Positions 38,557 to 49,382 of a DNA stretch of 64,000 nt are shown here, piece after piece (within the stretch, counting starts at the first letter, position 1; every line of letters starts with the position of its first letter). The notes beneath the pieces are model-generated. The model ran no database searches. It saw only the letters and a list, made by a program, of their open reading frames with translations, and had not been told where the DNA came from. The translations under genes were made by a program, and so were the position numbers. This DNA is from a virus: IMG/VR virus record IMGVR_UViG_3300020205_002848, positions 14,561 through 78,560 of that record, one strand, 5' to 3'.

Positions 38557-40685
38557 AAAAAACGGTAGAGGCTGGTAAAACTTATATAGGCGTTGTAGAA
38601 GATATAAAAGATCCAGAAAAAAAAGGCAGAATAAAAGTAAGAGTTATGGATATCTTTGATGATCAAAAAGTCGAAGATATTCCATGGGCTGCTCCTTGGA
38701 AAGATTTATCAGGTGGTCAGTTTTCTCTACCAGAAAATGGAAAAGTTGTAATTGTCGTATTTGAAAAGGGTGATACTTATAAACCCGAATATATTTTCAC
38801 AGAACATTGGAATATAAATCTTGAGAATAAACTTAAAGGTTTGGGTGATGCTGATTATGAGTCAATGAAATCTGTTATATTTGACCACAAAACACAAATA
38901 TATTCTAATGATTCAGAGGGTCTTAAAATAGACCACAAATTTAATAACATTAACATCAAGGAAAATGGTATAAACGTAAATTTGAAAGATAATAATGCTA
39001 TGTTAAATTTAGGTGACTCTACAGCTGACCAACAAATGATATTAGGGAATCATTGGATGGATTGGTTTGATGAATTCGTAGGGGTTTTTATGGAAAATAC
39101 CGCATTTTTAGGAAATTTAGGAGCACCGGTTTTAGCAAGTCCTAGGTTAATAAATATTATGCTTAAATATAAGTCCAAAAGAGATCCTGTTTTTCTTTCA
39201 CACCATGTTAATATAGTCGATAATGATAAAGTATCAACTGTTAAAAATGATAAGAGAGAGGAAACTGCTCAATTAGGTGATGGTTGGAAATCAACAATAA
39301 GAGAAAACAAAACAACAACTGTTACTCAAGAAACTAGTCAACCAACAGATGGTGTTAAACCAAAGTATGATGATAAATTTGTCGGACCTGACACTAGTGT
39401 ACCCGTACCTGTTCAAACAGTTACCAATCCTTTACCACCACCTACTAAAGAAGAAGTCCCTCCAATTCCGGTTAAATCATCTATTCAATCTAATCCAAAA
39501 GTTGAAAAAATAATTTGGTTCTTAAAATCAAAAAATTATGAAATTTATGAAACCCCAAATGTATTAAACATGGTGGCTTTTAGAAATAAAGAATCAAATA
39601 TAACTAATAAATTTGATGACCGTTTATGTGTATTCTTTAGAAATGATAATAATAACTGGGAGTTAATGGAATATTCTATAACTACTGTACCTGGATTTTT
39701 ACCGGGTAAGAAGTATTTACCAGTACCTGTTAGCATTTTGAGATTGGGTCAATATGTTAAACAACTTAGTATGACCATTTTTGCTGGTGATGAAAATCAT
39801 AAATGTTTAGTTTTTGAAAAATGTGCTCTACATAAAAATACATCTAAAGATAGTTATAACTATGAGTCACCTACTGAAATAGGTGAATTTCCACTGACTA
39901 TTCACAGATCAAATAAAACAGGCACATCTGAATATGTTTTTAATTACTCTAAGGGTTCTCAGGCTTTTAAAAATATAAATCAATATAATCAATTTATAGA
40001 AATTTGTGAAAAACAAGTAACTTCTGGTGATAAAAAGTTTACATATACACTATGTTCTAAAAAAGAGTTTGATTCTTATGCGGACCCTGATGAACAAAGA
40101 GAAAAGTTGGAAAAATTTGGACAAACCGCGTCGGTTGTTGTCTCACCTCCGGTTGTGGTGGCTTCCCCTGTACAATCAGGAACAGCTTCTTCTCAAGGAT
40201 CTTTGACAATAGGAGAATCTGTTAAAAATATTGAAAAATTGGTAAAAGATGGATTTGAATTAGAAAATCCAGGGGTGGTTACTTTTAGACAAGTTTCCGA
40301 AAGATCTAAAAAAGAAGGTAGGATTCTTAATACTAGAGAAATATTTACATATGCCTCTCTTGATGTTGGAGCCGATGTTGATATTATTAAAACAAAAAAA
40401 GAAGCAATGGCTAAAACATATGAAAAATTCATTAAAAAATATGGAAAGTCACCCAATCTACTTAAAGATGGATATATAATGGTTTGGAACGCATATTCAG
40501 TAAAACAATATATTGGAGATCCAAAAGCTTCTTCTTCTTCTGAAGACTCTCAAGATAAAGCTAGAAAAAAATTATTAAATAAGTTTGGAATTAAAGTTCC
40601 TGAAAATTTAGCAATAAGAGGAATAATAGAGGCTAAAATTATCCCATTTGGTAAAAAGATACAATTTACCACTGCTAAAAAATAA
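38553..40685 (+). CDS. gp5/VgrG-like baseplate spike with OB-fold and LDT-like domain
   Basis: GVVEDIKDPEKKGRIKVRV...IPWA...LPENGKVVIVVF; second domain similar to 5001..5594. Confidence 0.8.
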   Translation: MKKTVEAGKTYIGVVEDIKDPEKKGRIKVRVMDIFDDQKVEDIPWAAPWKDLSGGQFSLPENGKVVIVVFEKGDTYKPEYIFTEHWNINLENKLKGLGDADYESMKSVIFDHKTQIYSNDSEGLKIDHKFNNINIKENGINVNLKDNNAMLNLGDSTADQQMILGNHWMDWFDEFVGVFMENTAFLGNLGAPVLASPRLINIMLKYKSKRDPVFLSHHVNIVDNDKVSTVKNDKREETAQLGDGWKSTIRENKTTTVTQETSQPTDGVKPKYDDKFVGPDTSVPVPVQTVTNPLPPPTKEEVPPIPVKSSIQSNPKVEKIIWFLKSKNYEIYETPNVLNMVAFRNKESNITNKFDDRLCVFFRNDNNNWELMEYSITTVPGFLPGKKYLPVPVSILRLGQYVKQLSMTIFAGDENHKCLVFEKCALHKNTSKDSYNYESPTEIGEFPLTIHRSNKTGTSEYVFNYSKGSQAFKNINQYNQFIEICEKQVTSGDKKFTYTLCSKKEFDSYADPDEQREKLEKFGQTASVVVSPPVVVASPVQSGTASSQGSLTIGESVKNIEKLVKDGFELENPGVVTFRQVSERSKKEGRILNTREIFTYASLDVGADVDIIKTKKEAMAKTYEKFIKKYGKSPNLLKDGYIMVWNAYSVKQYIGDPKASSSSEDSQDKARKKLLNKFGIKVPENLAIRGIIEAKIIPFGKKIQFTTAKK

Positions 40686-40711
40686 TATATAACTAAAAAT
40701 AAATTGATATT

Positions 40712-40966
40712 ATGAATAACCCAAAATACCTTGTGAATATATCACACTCTCCATCTGTTCCTAACGGACAATATCTTATTAACGTTAATGGTGTTACACA
40801 ATCAATGCCAACTTATAGTGAGGAATTATTTGTAGCTAGTATGCCAGAAATTAAGACATATGCAACGGGATCTTCATATACAGAAGCATTGGATAATCTT
40901 TTAACATCTGTTTCATCAGTTGTTGATCCAGGAAATGGTCCTTTAAGTGGCATAGTAACTAACTAA
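40712..40966 (+). CDS. hypothetical protein
   Basis: 84-aa ORF after late motif at 40683. Confidence 0.6.
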   Translation: MNNPKYLVNISHSPSVPNGQYLINVNGVTQSMPTYSEELFVASMPEIKTYATGSSYTEALDNLLTSVSSVVDPGNGPLSGIVTN

Positions 40967-42741
40967 GCTATACCAACAGAGTTTAATAATTGTTTAAATA
41001 GAGGATATATGGTTCCTTTAGAACCTGTGCTGTTTAGTTTTGTATAATCATATCCCATCTTTTTAAGATCAGATTCAAATGGTTTCCAATATTTTGATAT
41101 TTGACTTGATTTAATTTCAAAATGATGGTACTCAGTAACTCCTCTTTTTTGAACCATTCCTTCAGCTGGATTAGATTTACCCCATTCAGCTCCCCATGTT
41201 AAATCACCTTGTGTTTTAACCCAATTGTGAATGGTTTTAGTTAGTTTGGCATCTTTTGCTAAATTACCATTATCACCAATGGAAGACCACTTAAACCCAG
41301 GTATTTTAAATATAACGTCTATAGCTAATCCACATCCGTGTAATGAAGCAACCGCTCTTGCGGGACTACTTGGGTATGTTGATGCGACCATGTCCCTGGT
41401 TACCCCATTGTTTCCCAGTTTAGCTCCTGGATATCCATTAGCATTTAAATATTTTGCCAAATCAGTTAGTACATTTTTAAGTCGATGTCCTGCTAATCCA
41501 TTTCCAGAACCACTGATATAATATAGTCCACCTGCTTTAGTGAATAATTTACTACCCACTGGTGGGCCTGGTCCAATAGGAGTTGTTGAAACATCATTAG
41601 ATGTTGTCTCTGATGATGTTTCTGATGATGTTCCTGTAGTTTCATCAGCTGGTACTCCAGTCGGAGCATCATCTTCTTCATTTAGTGACATCTCAATTAA
41701 TTCTTCAGATCCAACATATGGAGTCTCTATATACTCAGACGCTAATAAACTTAAATCATCATCACCTTCAAAAATAAAACCATCTACCGGTTCATTAGGT
41801 AGGGGATCGCCTATCCATATTTGAAATGGAGGTACATCCTCTCTAGTTTTTATTTCAAAATCCTGAGGGAAAACAGCATTTAATTTAATTTTAGCAGAAG
41901 CTGCATCCGAAGCACTAGATCCAGTACCACCTGTACTACCTGTACCGCCTGTTGTTTCGGAAATCTCCAGTGAAAATGGACTTATATATGGCTGGTTATT
42001 CTTTCTTAATTCAGCCAATGATAAATTATCATAGGTACCTACCTCAATTCTCCACTTTTGTATAATCTCATCTATAATCTCAGCATCTAATATAACACCC
42101 TCGTATCTCTTTGGTGATACATTATCTTTTAAAATAGTAAATTCTTCATCACTTGATAAAGTAAAAGTTTCACCCTTTCCTTCTATTTTAATAGTTTTAG
42201 TTATATAAGGCTTTGTGCTCTCAGTAGCTCCCTTTTCTATAGTTAACTCAACTCCATTTCCATCACTCCAAGACTTACCACCAACACTTTTATCAAGTGG
42301 GACCTGAACAATAGATACTGTACTACCTGTACCACCTGTACCACCTGTACCAACTACTACAGAATAAGTCGATGGAGCACCGGTATAATACCAATTTATA
42401 CTAATAACCGAACCATTATTGAAATAATATGGATCATATCCAAATGATCTCCATGTAGGTGGTGTATCTGACCAAGGGTCTTGTATTATCTCATAATATA
42501 AATTGGATGATGCTGGGTCTTTTTCCCTAGATTTTACAGAGATACCATCATTTATAAAATCATAATTACTGAAGTTTTCATAACTCCCTTCTCTTTTATA
42601 ATTAATAGAATTAGAAAGATCCAACGAGTCAGTCCATTCGAATCTATAATTATTACCATTCTCACTATAAAGAGATGCCTTGAAATCACCAGGTGTTCCA
42701 TCCTTGGCTCTTACACGTACCGATTTTATTAATTCAGACAT
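40963..42741 (-). CDS. virion protein with C-terminal M15-family peptidase
   Basis: SLHGCGLAID...WGAEW...EYHHFE. Confidence 0.75.
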   Translation of the reverse strand: MSELIKSVRVRAKDGTPGDFKASLYSENGNNYRFEWTDSLDLSNSINYKREGSYENFSNYDFINDGISVKSREKDPASSNLYYEIIQDPWSDTPPTWRSFGYDPYYFNNGSVISINWYYTGAPSTYSVVVGTGGTGGTGSTVSIVQVPLDKSVGGKSWSDGNGVELTIEKGATESTKPYITKTIKIEGKGETFTLSSDEEFTILKDNVSPKRYEGVILDAEIIDEIIQKWRIEVGTYDNLSLAELRKNNQPYISPFSLEISETTGGTGSTGGTGSSASDAASAKIKLNAVFPQDFEIKTREDVPPFQIWIGDPLPNEPVDGFIFEGDDDLSLLASEYIETPYVGSEELIEMSLNEEDDAPTGVPADETTGTSSETSSETTSNDVSTTPIGPGPPVGSKLFTKAGGLYYISGSGNGLAGHRLKNVLTDLAKYLNANGYPGAKLGNNGVTRDMVASTYPSSPARAVASLHGCGLAIDVIFKIPGFKWSSIGDNGNLAKDAKLTKTIHNWVKTQGDLTWGAEWGKSNPAEGMVQKRGVTEYHHFEIKSSQISKYWKPFESDLKKMGYDYTKLNSTGSKGTIYPLFKQLLNSVGIA

Positions 42742-42757
42742 TTAATTAAATTTTATT

Positions 42758-43267
42758 TTAAATACCTCCAATGTTAAATTGACCATTCTTAATCGTTACT
42801 GGACTCTTTGGTGTGGAATTAACAGTTGGCGGTAAAGAGATATCATTTTTTAGATATTTCTGTCTAGCAGGGTCAACCTTTGTTTGTTTATTAGGTTTAC
42901 CTAGTCTACCTAAAATATCAATTCTTTTCTTAGAAAGATCGGTAGGTACTCCGATTCGGAAGAAATCAATTTCTCCAAGATCTGGATATTTTATAACCAT
43001 ACCTTTTTTAATATTCAATGGATTGTCAATATTGTTAATAGTTAAAATAATATCAATATGTTCTAAATAATTAACAGATTGTGATGGTGATAGATTATAA
43101 ATATTTTGAAATAACAAATCAATTCTCATCTCTTCAATTTCTTGGACAACATACTCTTCGAGATTTGATCCAATATCTTGTCTTATAGTAGATGTGAATA
43201 AATCGAATAGACTATCATTCGAGCTTGATAACCTTCTAATTTGCTTATGTAATGACTTGATATCCAT
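42758..43267 (-). CDS. baseplate wedge gp53-like / LysM-like protein
   Basis: EEMRIDLL...ILTINNIDNPLNIKKGMVIKYP. Confidence 0.65.
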   Translation of the reverse strand: MDIKSLHKQIRRLSSSNDSLFDLFTSTIRQDIGSNLEEYVVQEIEEMRIDLLFQNIYNLSPSQSVNYLEHIDIILTINNIDNPLNIKKGMVIKYPDLGEIDFFRIGVPTDLSKKRIDILGRLGKPNKQTKVDPARQKYLKNDISLPPTVNSTPKSPVTIKNGQFNIGGI

Positions 43268-43283
43268 ATTTTTATTTATTTAT

Positions 43284-45413
43284 TTATTTATCACCAACGA
43301 CATCTTTAACCATCTCAACAAGTTTAGCCTCATCTTTAGGAGTCCAAACTCCAGATACAGATTGGCCATCAACGGTTTGTGTTTTAGCACTTTCAAAAAC
43401 TTTAGCATTTTCTTTATTATAAACTATCACACTTCTAAGATTACCTGTCTTAACAAGACTATATTTATATCCCTTTTCACTACTAGAGTTAGCATTAGCA
43501 ACCGGGTCAATATCCTGATCGGATTGTTGATTTTGTTGAGATTGAGCATTACCTGATGTACCTGATGTACCTGATGATTGAACAGTTGGTGATGTAGTAA
43601 CAGACTCTCCTTTTACGGGTCCAGTGGCTGAATTTGGATCAGAGTTAACACTCAAAGAACTTTGATTTTCTTTAGTAGTTGTAGAAGGTGCTGTTAAATT
43701 TTGATTAGTTGGACTAGCTGGACCACCCGCTGAGCTCTGAGCCCCAGCAACGCCACTAGTTCCACTGTCACCAGCCGGTAGTCCATTTCCTGTATTATGA
43801 TAAGCTCCTGATAATAGACTTTGAGCCGGACTTAAACTAGCGGAGTCAACTTGTGTATTTACAGTTCTTAAATTACCAGTATTAAATTTACCCATAATAT
43901 CTCCTAATCCCCAAGGTCTAGCATTTGCTAAAGTAAAGTCAATTTTAATATTTGATGGCAAGTCGTTAAAAGCTAAATTTGTACCAAGACTTAATGCGAC
44001 ACTGGTTGTATACATATCACCTGAGCAAAAAACAGGCCTTAGTGGATTACCAAGTGTTATATGCCATGGAGTTGACGCAGATAACATTAAAGCATTTGCA
44101 ATACCCTTAATCTCTTCTGCATATTTATTAACACACTTTGCAATACTATCAGTTACCGCGCTTATTACATCTTCAATCATCCCTTTAACTTGTTCCAGTA
44201 ACTCTTCCTCTGCACTCTCTTCATCTGCAGTTGCTGGTGGGGGATTTGTTTTTGCAGCGGCGGCTTTACCCTTTGCATCTGCTTCTTCGTCATCTGCCTT
44301 AGCTACATCGTCCTCAAGAAGTTTTAAAACCATCGTCTTAGCAGCTGTAATAGCTTTCTCTATAGCCGATGTCATGTCTGATATAAGACTTTGTGGATTA
44401 TCGGCCCATTTTTTAATTTTAGCGCCGAATTCCACACTCAATCCATAATCCACATGATTAGATGTTCCAAATCTTAAAACATTTGATAAAATATCCATAT
44501 ATGCTATAGTAGGGTCAATTCCAGAAATGAATTTTTGTTCATATTCACAAGTCATTTTAATACTAACTGTGCATGTTAGTCCAGTTCCAGCCTCGCCCAT
44601 TCCTAAAGTTTTTCTTCTTTTAGCCATCTTAATTAAGTTTGGGTTACCAGCTGCTAGTCGCCTAGTCTTCACATCTCCATTTAATATACCCAGTTCTACC
44701 AGAAGACCTTGTACCAATGCTTCTGACCAACCCGGTATAGGGACTATACCAAGTCCAGCACCACCAACACCACCAACAGGTTTTATTTTTGCTAGATCTT
44801 CTCCTATATTATTTATAACTTCGGTGAAATCAGCTTTAGCATCTATCCACTCTTCACCAAAACTAATTTCCAAAAAATCTTCAACTGGTGTTTTCCAACT
44901 TATTAAAATAGCAGCAGGTCTGGTTGATATTCCATAAATGTCATCAGGGGCTGGACTATTAAATCTCCTAGCAATCATAAGTCTATTATTTGGATAAACT
45001 CCGATGTTCTTTAGGTATGCAAAATCAGATGGTCTTAGTTGAGCGGCTGTATTTGCAGTTCTCTCTACGATATTTAAAATAGATGTGTCATAAACATCAT
45101 TATTATGAAGAGTTTTTCTACCAACTCCGTTATAAGGAACTCCGATTCCTGTTTTTAATTTTTCCTCACTGCCTCCTGGTTGAATATTCCCCCATGGTTT
45201 AACAACAGTACCCCCTGTAAATAATGAAAATGCTCCAGATTTGCTATCTAGTTTAGCTTTGGCTAATCTTTCTTTATCATCTGTTCTACCAGAGTTATAA
45301 AGATTTACATTGACATTTCTACTTCTACCACCATTAAATGTAGACATACCGGTTTTACTTGGACCAGACATTATTCCAATAAGACCTAACGGGGATCCTC
45401 CTAATACAGCCAT
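43284..45413 (-). CDS. putative baseplate/tail structural protein
   Basis: 709 aa; PWHITLGNPLRP...FNDLPS; adjacent to gp53-like gene. Confidence 0.55.
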   Translation of the reverse strand: MAVLGGSPLGLIGIMSGPSKTGMSTFNGGRSRNVNVNLYNSGRTDDKERLAKAKLDSKSGAFSLFTGGTVVKPWGNIQPGGSEEKLKTGIGVPYNGVGRKTLHNNDVYDTSILNIVERTANTAAQLRPSDFAYLKNIGVYPNNRLMIARRFNSPAPDDIYGISTRPAAILISWKTPVEDFLEISFGEEWIDAKADFTEVINNIGEDLAKIKPVGGVGGAGLGIVPIPGWSEALVQGLLVELGILNGDVKTRRLAAGNPNLIKMAKRRKTLGMGEAGTGLTCTVSIKMTCEYEQKFISGIDPTIAYMDILSNVLRFGTSNHVDYGLSVEFGAKIKKWADNPQSLISDMTSAIEKAITAAKTMVLKLLEDDVAKADDEEADAKGKAAAAKTNPPPATADEESAEEELLEQVKGMIEDVISAVTDSIAKCVNKYAEEIKGIANALMLSASTPWHITLGNPLRPVFCSGDMYTTSVALSLGTNLAFNDLPSNIKIDFTLANARPWGLGDIMGKFNTGNLRTVNTQVDSASLSPAQSLLSGAYHNTGNGLPAGDSGTSGVAGAQSSAGGPASPTNQNLTAPSTTTKENQSSLSVNSDPNSATGPVKGESVTTSPTVQSSGTSGTSGNAQSQQNQQSDQDIDPVANANSSSEKGYKYSLVKTGNLRSVIVYNKENAKVFESAKTQTVDGQSVSGVWTPKDEAKLVEMVKDVVGDK

Positions 45414-45507
45414 AATAATAAAATATAATTTTTATACATTATATATATAATTTTTAATCTTTTGTATGATATAAAAATAAGTTTTATATAATAAAATCAT
45501 TAATTAT

Positions 45508-45897
45508 CTAGTAGTCACGTATTATTTGAGAGTTTGAAAATTTTGAGAGATTTCCGAGAACATCATCCATAATATCTGGATTTTTTCTGAACTCGTTGTA
45601 AAATATTAAAACATTGAAATTGTTTTCACCTAATATCTTTTTTAAATTAATTAGTTTTTCTATTGAAAAGTCCTGGTCAAAGTCAGGAATGTAATAGATA
45701 TCTTTCTTTTTATCTATCGCTTGTTGTATTTTATTAAATATCAATATCTTTAGATAGGTCTTATCATTTTGAAAGTCAAGTTCCTCTTCATCAACTATCT
45801 TCTTGATATCGATTATATACTTATTTTTGATACGGTTCACTTTAACGAACTTATCAAACTTTTTTCTAGTCTTGCAATAAACACAAAAGAACTCCAT
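45508..45897 (-). CDS. hypothetical protein
   Basis: 129-aa ORF. Confidence 0.6.
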   Translation of the reverse strand: MEFFCVYCKTRKKFDKFVKVNRIKNKYIIDIKKIVDEEELDFQNDKTYLKILIFNKIQQAIDKKKDIYYIPDFDQDFSIEKLINLKKILGENNFNVLIFYNEFRKNPDIMDDVLGNLSKFSNSQIIRDY

Positions 45898-45998
45898 TCA
45901 TATAAATAATTTTAGTTAATTATATATAATTATTGATAAAGCCCCTTTGATTTTACTGAATTTGATAAATAAGATTAATTATTTTAATATATACTTTT

Positions 45999-47387
45999 AT
46001 GAGAAAATATTCTGATAAATTTCTTAATCAGTCTGGTAAATTAAAAGACGCAAAAATAGGATTCGAGTTCGAATTCTATATGAAAGACTTGTCCTATTAC
46101 AAAACACTAGAACTATTAAACACAGAACTAACTCCAGTAAAGGTATGGGGTTTTAGACAGTATCACTCTGACTTCACCCCAGATGATAAAAACTTTAAAA
46201 TCGAGCCCGATTTATCAGGGGGTTCTAACATGGTTGAATTAGTAACGGGCCCTTTAGACTTTTATGACGCTAAATATTATTTGATAAAAATAATAAAATT
46301 CATACAGAATTATGGATATACTAATGAGAAGTGTTCAATACATTTTAATATCTCATTTAATGATAAAGATTTAAATAACTTAAATATTCTCAAATTGATT
46401 CTTAATGTAGATGAAGATGAGATTTATAGATCATATCCATCGAGAAAGGACAATGTTTATGCAAAAACCATTAAAAAGATAATACCTTATAAAGAATATG
46501 ACTTTTTCAATATCCCAATATCAGTAGTTAAAAATAACATGAGACTACCAAATGATAAATACTATGGTGTAAACTTTTTAAATATAAATAACGAAAAGGA
46601 TAGTCAAAGATTAGAGTTTAGATATATTGGTGGTAAAGATTATGAAATTAATTTAGGACAACTGATGTATTTTATGGAAAGATTTGTAATATCTGTTCAT
46701 GATTCTATCGATGCTGATTTTAACCCGGAAGATGTTAATAAATTAGAAGAATATCTACAAGATAATATTTCAACATTTAAGAATTTTTCAAGTTATGATA
46801 ACTTTATAGTTGACTTTTCTTCAATTCAAATTCAAATAGACCAAAACTCTAATTATGATATAGTTTCTACTTATTACCATAAGATATATAATAGGATTTA
46901 TAGTTTGATAGATAATACCGAGGGATTAAAAGAGTGTATTGTTAACTATGTTACATCAACTCAAACCTTAGAAATTGTCGATGCTACTATTAGAACGACA
47001 TCAACTTTGAAAAATTTAGATATGGTTAATTGTAATTTAGAAGGAGTTTTTGAAGATTGTTTATTTTTAGGATGTGAGATTAGAAGATCACAATGTGTTA
47101 AATCAAAACTTATTCAAAGTGACGCTGATGATTCAAAAATATTAAATTGTAAAGTGGATCAATCATCTCTAACTGACTGTTATTTTATGGAAGGTATATT
47201 AAATGGGGATATGTTTGGTGGTGTTTTCCGTTCAGGTAAATTAGGTCCATTTGCTACAATGGACTCTGAAGTGAAAGTAGTAACTGATAATAATAACTTC
47301 TTTGATACTAAATATGATGATGAAGAAGGTAAAGGTGATAAAAAAGGAATTATTGATGGTTATGGAAAATCGTTCGGTAAAAAATGA
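45999..47387 (+). CDS. putative amidoligase (COOH-NH2 ligase-like) with C-terminal beta-helix-like repeats
   Basis: IGFEFEF, EPDLS, VELVTGP, CSIHFNIS, KYYGVN, LEFR. Confidence 0.75.
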   Translation: MRKYSDKFLNQSGKLKDAKIGFEFEFYMKDLSYYKTLELLNTELTPVKVWGFRQYHSDFTPDDKNFKIEPDLSGGSNMVELVTGPLDFYDAKYYLIKIIKFIQNYGYTNEKCSIHFNISFNDKDLNNLNILKLILNVDEDEIYRSYPSRKDNVYAKTIKKIIPYKEYDFFNIPISVVKNNMRLPNDKYYGVNFLNINNEKDSQRLEFRYIGGKDYEINLGQLMYFMERFVISVHDSIDADFNPEDVNKLEEYLQDNISTFKNFSSYDNFIVDFSSIQIQIDQNSNYDIVSTYYHKIYNRIYSLIDNTEGLKECIVNYVTSTQTLEIVDATIRTTSTLKNLDMVNCNLEGVFEDCLFLGCEIRRSQCVKSKLIQSDADDSKILNCKVDQSSLTDCYFMEGILNGDMFGGVFRSGKLGPFATMDSEVKVVTDNNNFFDTKYDDEEGKGDKKGIIDGYGKSFGKK

Positions 47388-47402
47388 ATATATGTATAAA
47401 AT

Positions 47403-47437
47403 AAAAAAAGAGTTAAGAAAATCTTAACTCTTTTTTT
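47403..47437. terminator. bidirectional terminator
   Basis: AAAAAAGAGTTAAGA/TCTTAACTCTTTTTT. Confidence 0.8.
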
Positions 47438-47438
47438 A

Positions 47439-49328
47439 TTATTTATTATTTTTAAACTTCTCGAATTTAGCAATTATTTTTCGATTTTCTCTATCAATTT
47501 CCATTTCATTTGGCTTCATTGCTTTATCAAAGCCAGCTTTTACAAATTCATCTCTAGTAACATCTCTAGTATTACCATCTTTATCTTTTATTTGATAATC
47601 AAAGTTTTCAACTAAGTTACCTTCTTTATCCAATTTAGTTACATCTTCTGTTCCCAAAACTTTGAAATCCATATCTGGTTCTTTAGCTTTGTATCCACTA
47701 CTTTCACTATCTTCTTTCCATTTAAGACCAAAACTCCATGTAACTCCAGATAAATCACCTATAATTTTATTTTTGAATAAGTCAATATATTTCTTACCTT
47801 CATTGTTTAGTAATATTTTACTAACTTCAATTTGGTTTCCTTCTTCATCTGTTTCTTTTTCAACTTTAACACTTCCAAAAACATTTGAAATTGAACCAAT
47901 ACCACCATGGCCACCAGAAACTGTAATTTCATCTTGACCAATTGATGTATCTGGATCATAATAATCTAAATGTTGTTTAAAGTTATTTAATAAACCAGTC
48001 ATATAAACACCTAAGTCATCAATTTCTTTACCTTCTTTAGTTTTAGGTAATTTAGGAGTTTCTTTAATATTACTATAAGAACATACTTGTAAAGTACCAC
48101 CGTATTGTAATAAAATAAATTTAGGCAATTTAGGAATTGTCCAAACATTACCAAATTTATCAACTCTTCTTGAGAATAAATATATTTCTTCATCTGTTAG
48201 AAATTTTTGTAATTCGGGAATCTTAAAAAGGTCTAACTTATCAACAATGCCATCAGCTAAAGCTTTATCAACTTTACTCATTATGATACCCATCTCATAA
48301 TCTTCCATTATAATTGTTCTTGCTCTTAGTGCATTAGCCCAAGTTCCTGTTGGTACAAAAGCTAAATCTCCAATAAGTGCATAACCATCTGAGAATATTG
48401 TAAATGTGCTTGTTATTCTTGCATCACCAACTGAAGATCTTTCAAAGTCTTGTAAAAACTCTTGTTGACTCATATAAACTTTCTTTTGTTTTTTAGTCCC
48501 TCTTGTTTTCTTTTGCATTTCTTTAAGTCTCCATTCAGCATCTTCTAAGAAATCTTTACCTTGACCTTTCTTTGGTCCAAAAGTATTGACATTATGTTGT
48601 GTATAAACCCTACTCATTGTATGGAATATTGAATAGATAGAAGCATCTTTACAGTTGTGAATAACTGAAATTAAAGTTTTGTGATCACCTCTTTTTAACA
48701 TTTGGTTAAAAGCTGCACCGAATTCTAATCTACCTTGTAATGATAATACACCATCTTCTTTTTTAGCAATAGCTTCTTTAGCAAACTTAATAATATCAGT
48801 TAAGTTATAATCTAAAAGTCTTTTCCAAGAAACTTTATATTCATCATATTTAGCAGCATCAATCATTCTAATAACTGATACTGTTAAATCGTCTTGTGGA
48901 ACACCTAAGTTTAAACAGATAGCTTCGTAAGCTGACGCTGTACTTGATTTACCAACTGGTGATGATTTATATTTTTCTTTTTGTTCATCTGTAAATACAC
49001 CATGATGATCTAAATAATAATCAATCATTTCATCTCTTTCATCACCCGGCATATTAGCAAAGTCAACTACAACATTTATTAGTTTAGGATCAACTTTTGT
49101 ATATTTCCAACCGTTTGAATAATCAAGAATACCATACTTAACGATTTCAAAACCATTATCTAAAAGATATTTTTTAACTTCAATAGCGGAGAATATACCA
49201 TCCATATCATCATGTGTATAAAGGGCAACTTTCTTACCATCTTTTCCTTTCTTCGACCAATACTCTTCGTTCTTAGGTAGTCTAGGAGAAGCTTCTTCGT
49301 TTATGAATTCAGCGTATCTTTTTAACAT
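47439..49328 (-). CDS. DHH-family phosphoesterase-like protein
   Basis: YTHDDMDG, VVDFA, YLDHH, SGGHGG; MLKRYAEFINEE. Confidence 0.7.
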   Translation of the reverse strand: MLKRYAEFINEEASPRLPKNEEYWSKKGKDGKKVALYTHDDMDGIFSAIEVKKYLLDNGFEIVKYGILDYSNGWKYTKVDPKLINVVVDFANMPGDERDEMIDYYLDHHGVFTDEQKEKYKSSPVGKSSTASAYEAICLNLGVPQDDLTVSVIRMIDAAKYDEYKVSWKRLLDYNLTDIIKFAKEAIAKKEDGVLSLQGRLEFGAAFNQMLKRGDHKTLISVIHNCKDASIYSIFHTMSRVYTQHNVNTFGPKKGQGKDFLEDAEWRLKEMQKKTRGTKKQKKVYMSQQEFLQDFERSSVGDARITSTFTIFSDGYALIGDLAFVPTGTWANALRARTIIMEDYEMGIIMSKVDKALADGIVDKLDLFKIPELQKFLTDEEIYLFSRRVDKFGNVWTIPKLPKFILLQYGGTLQVCSYSNIKETPKLPKTKEGKEIDDLGVYMTGLLNNFKQHLDYYDPDTSIGQDEITVSGGHGGIGSISNVFGSVKVEKETDEEGNQIEVSKILLNNEGKKYIDLFKNKIIGDLSGVTWSFGLKWKEDSESSGYKAKEPDMDFKVLGTEDVTKLDKEGNLVENFDYQIKDKDGNTRDVTRDEFVKAGFDKAMKPNEMEIDRENRKIIAKFEKFKNNK

Positions 49329-49382
49329 AATTTCAATTGTTTTTTGTATATATATAAAAATCCGTAAATCAAAATTATAATA

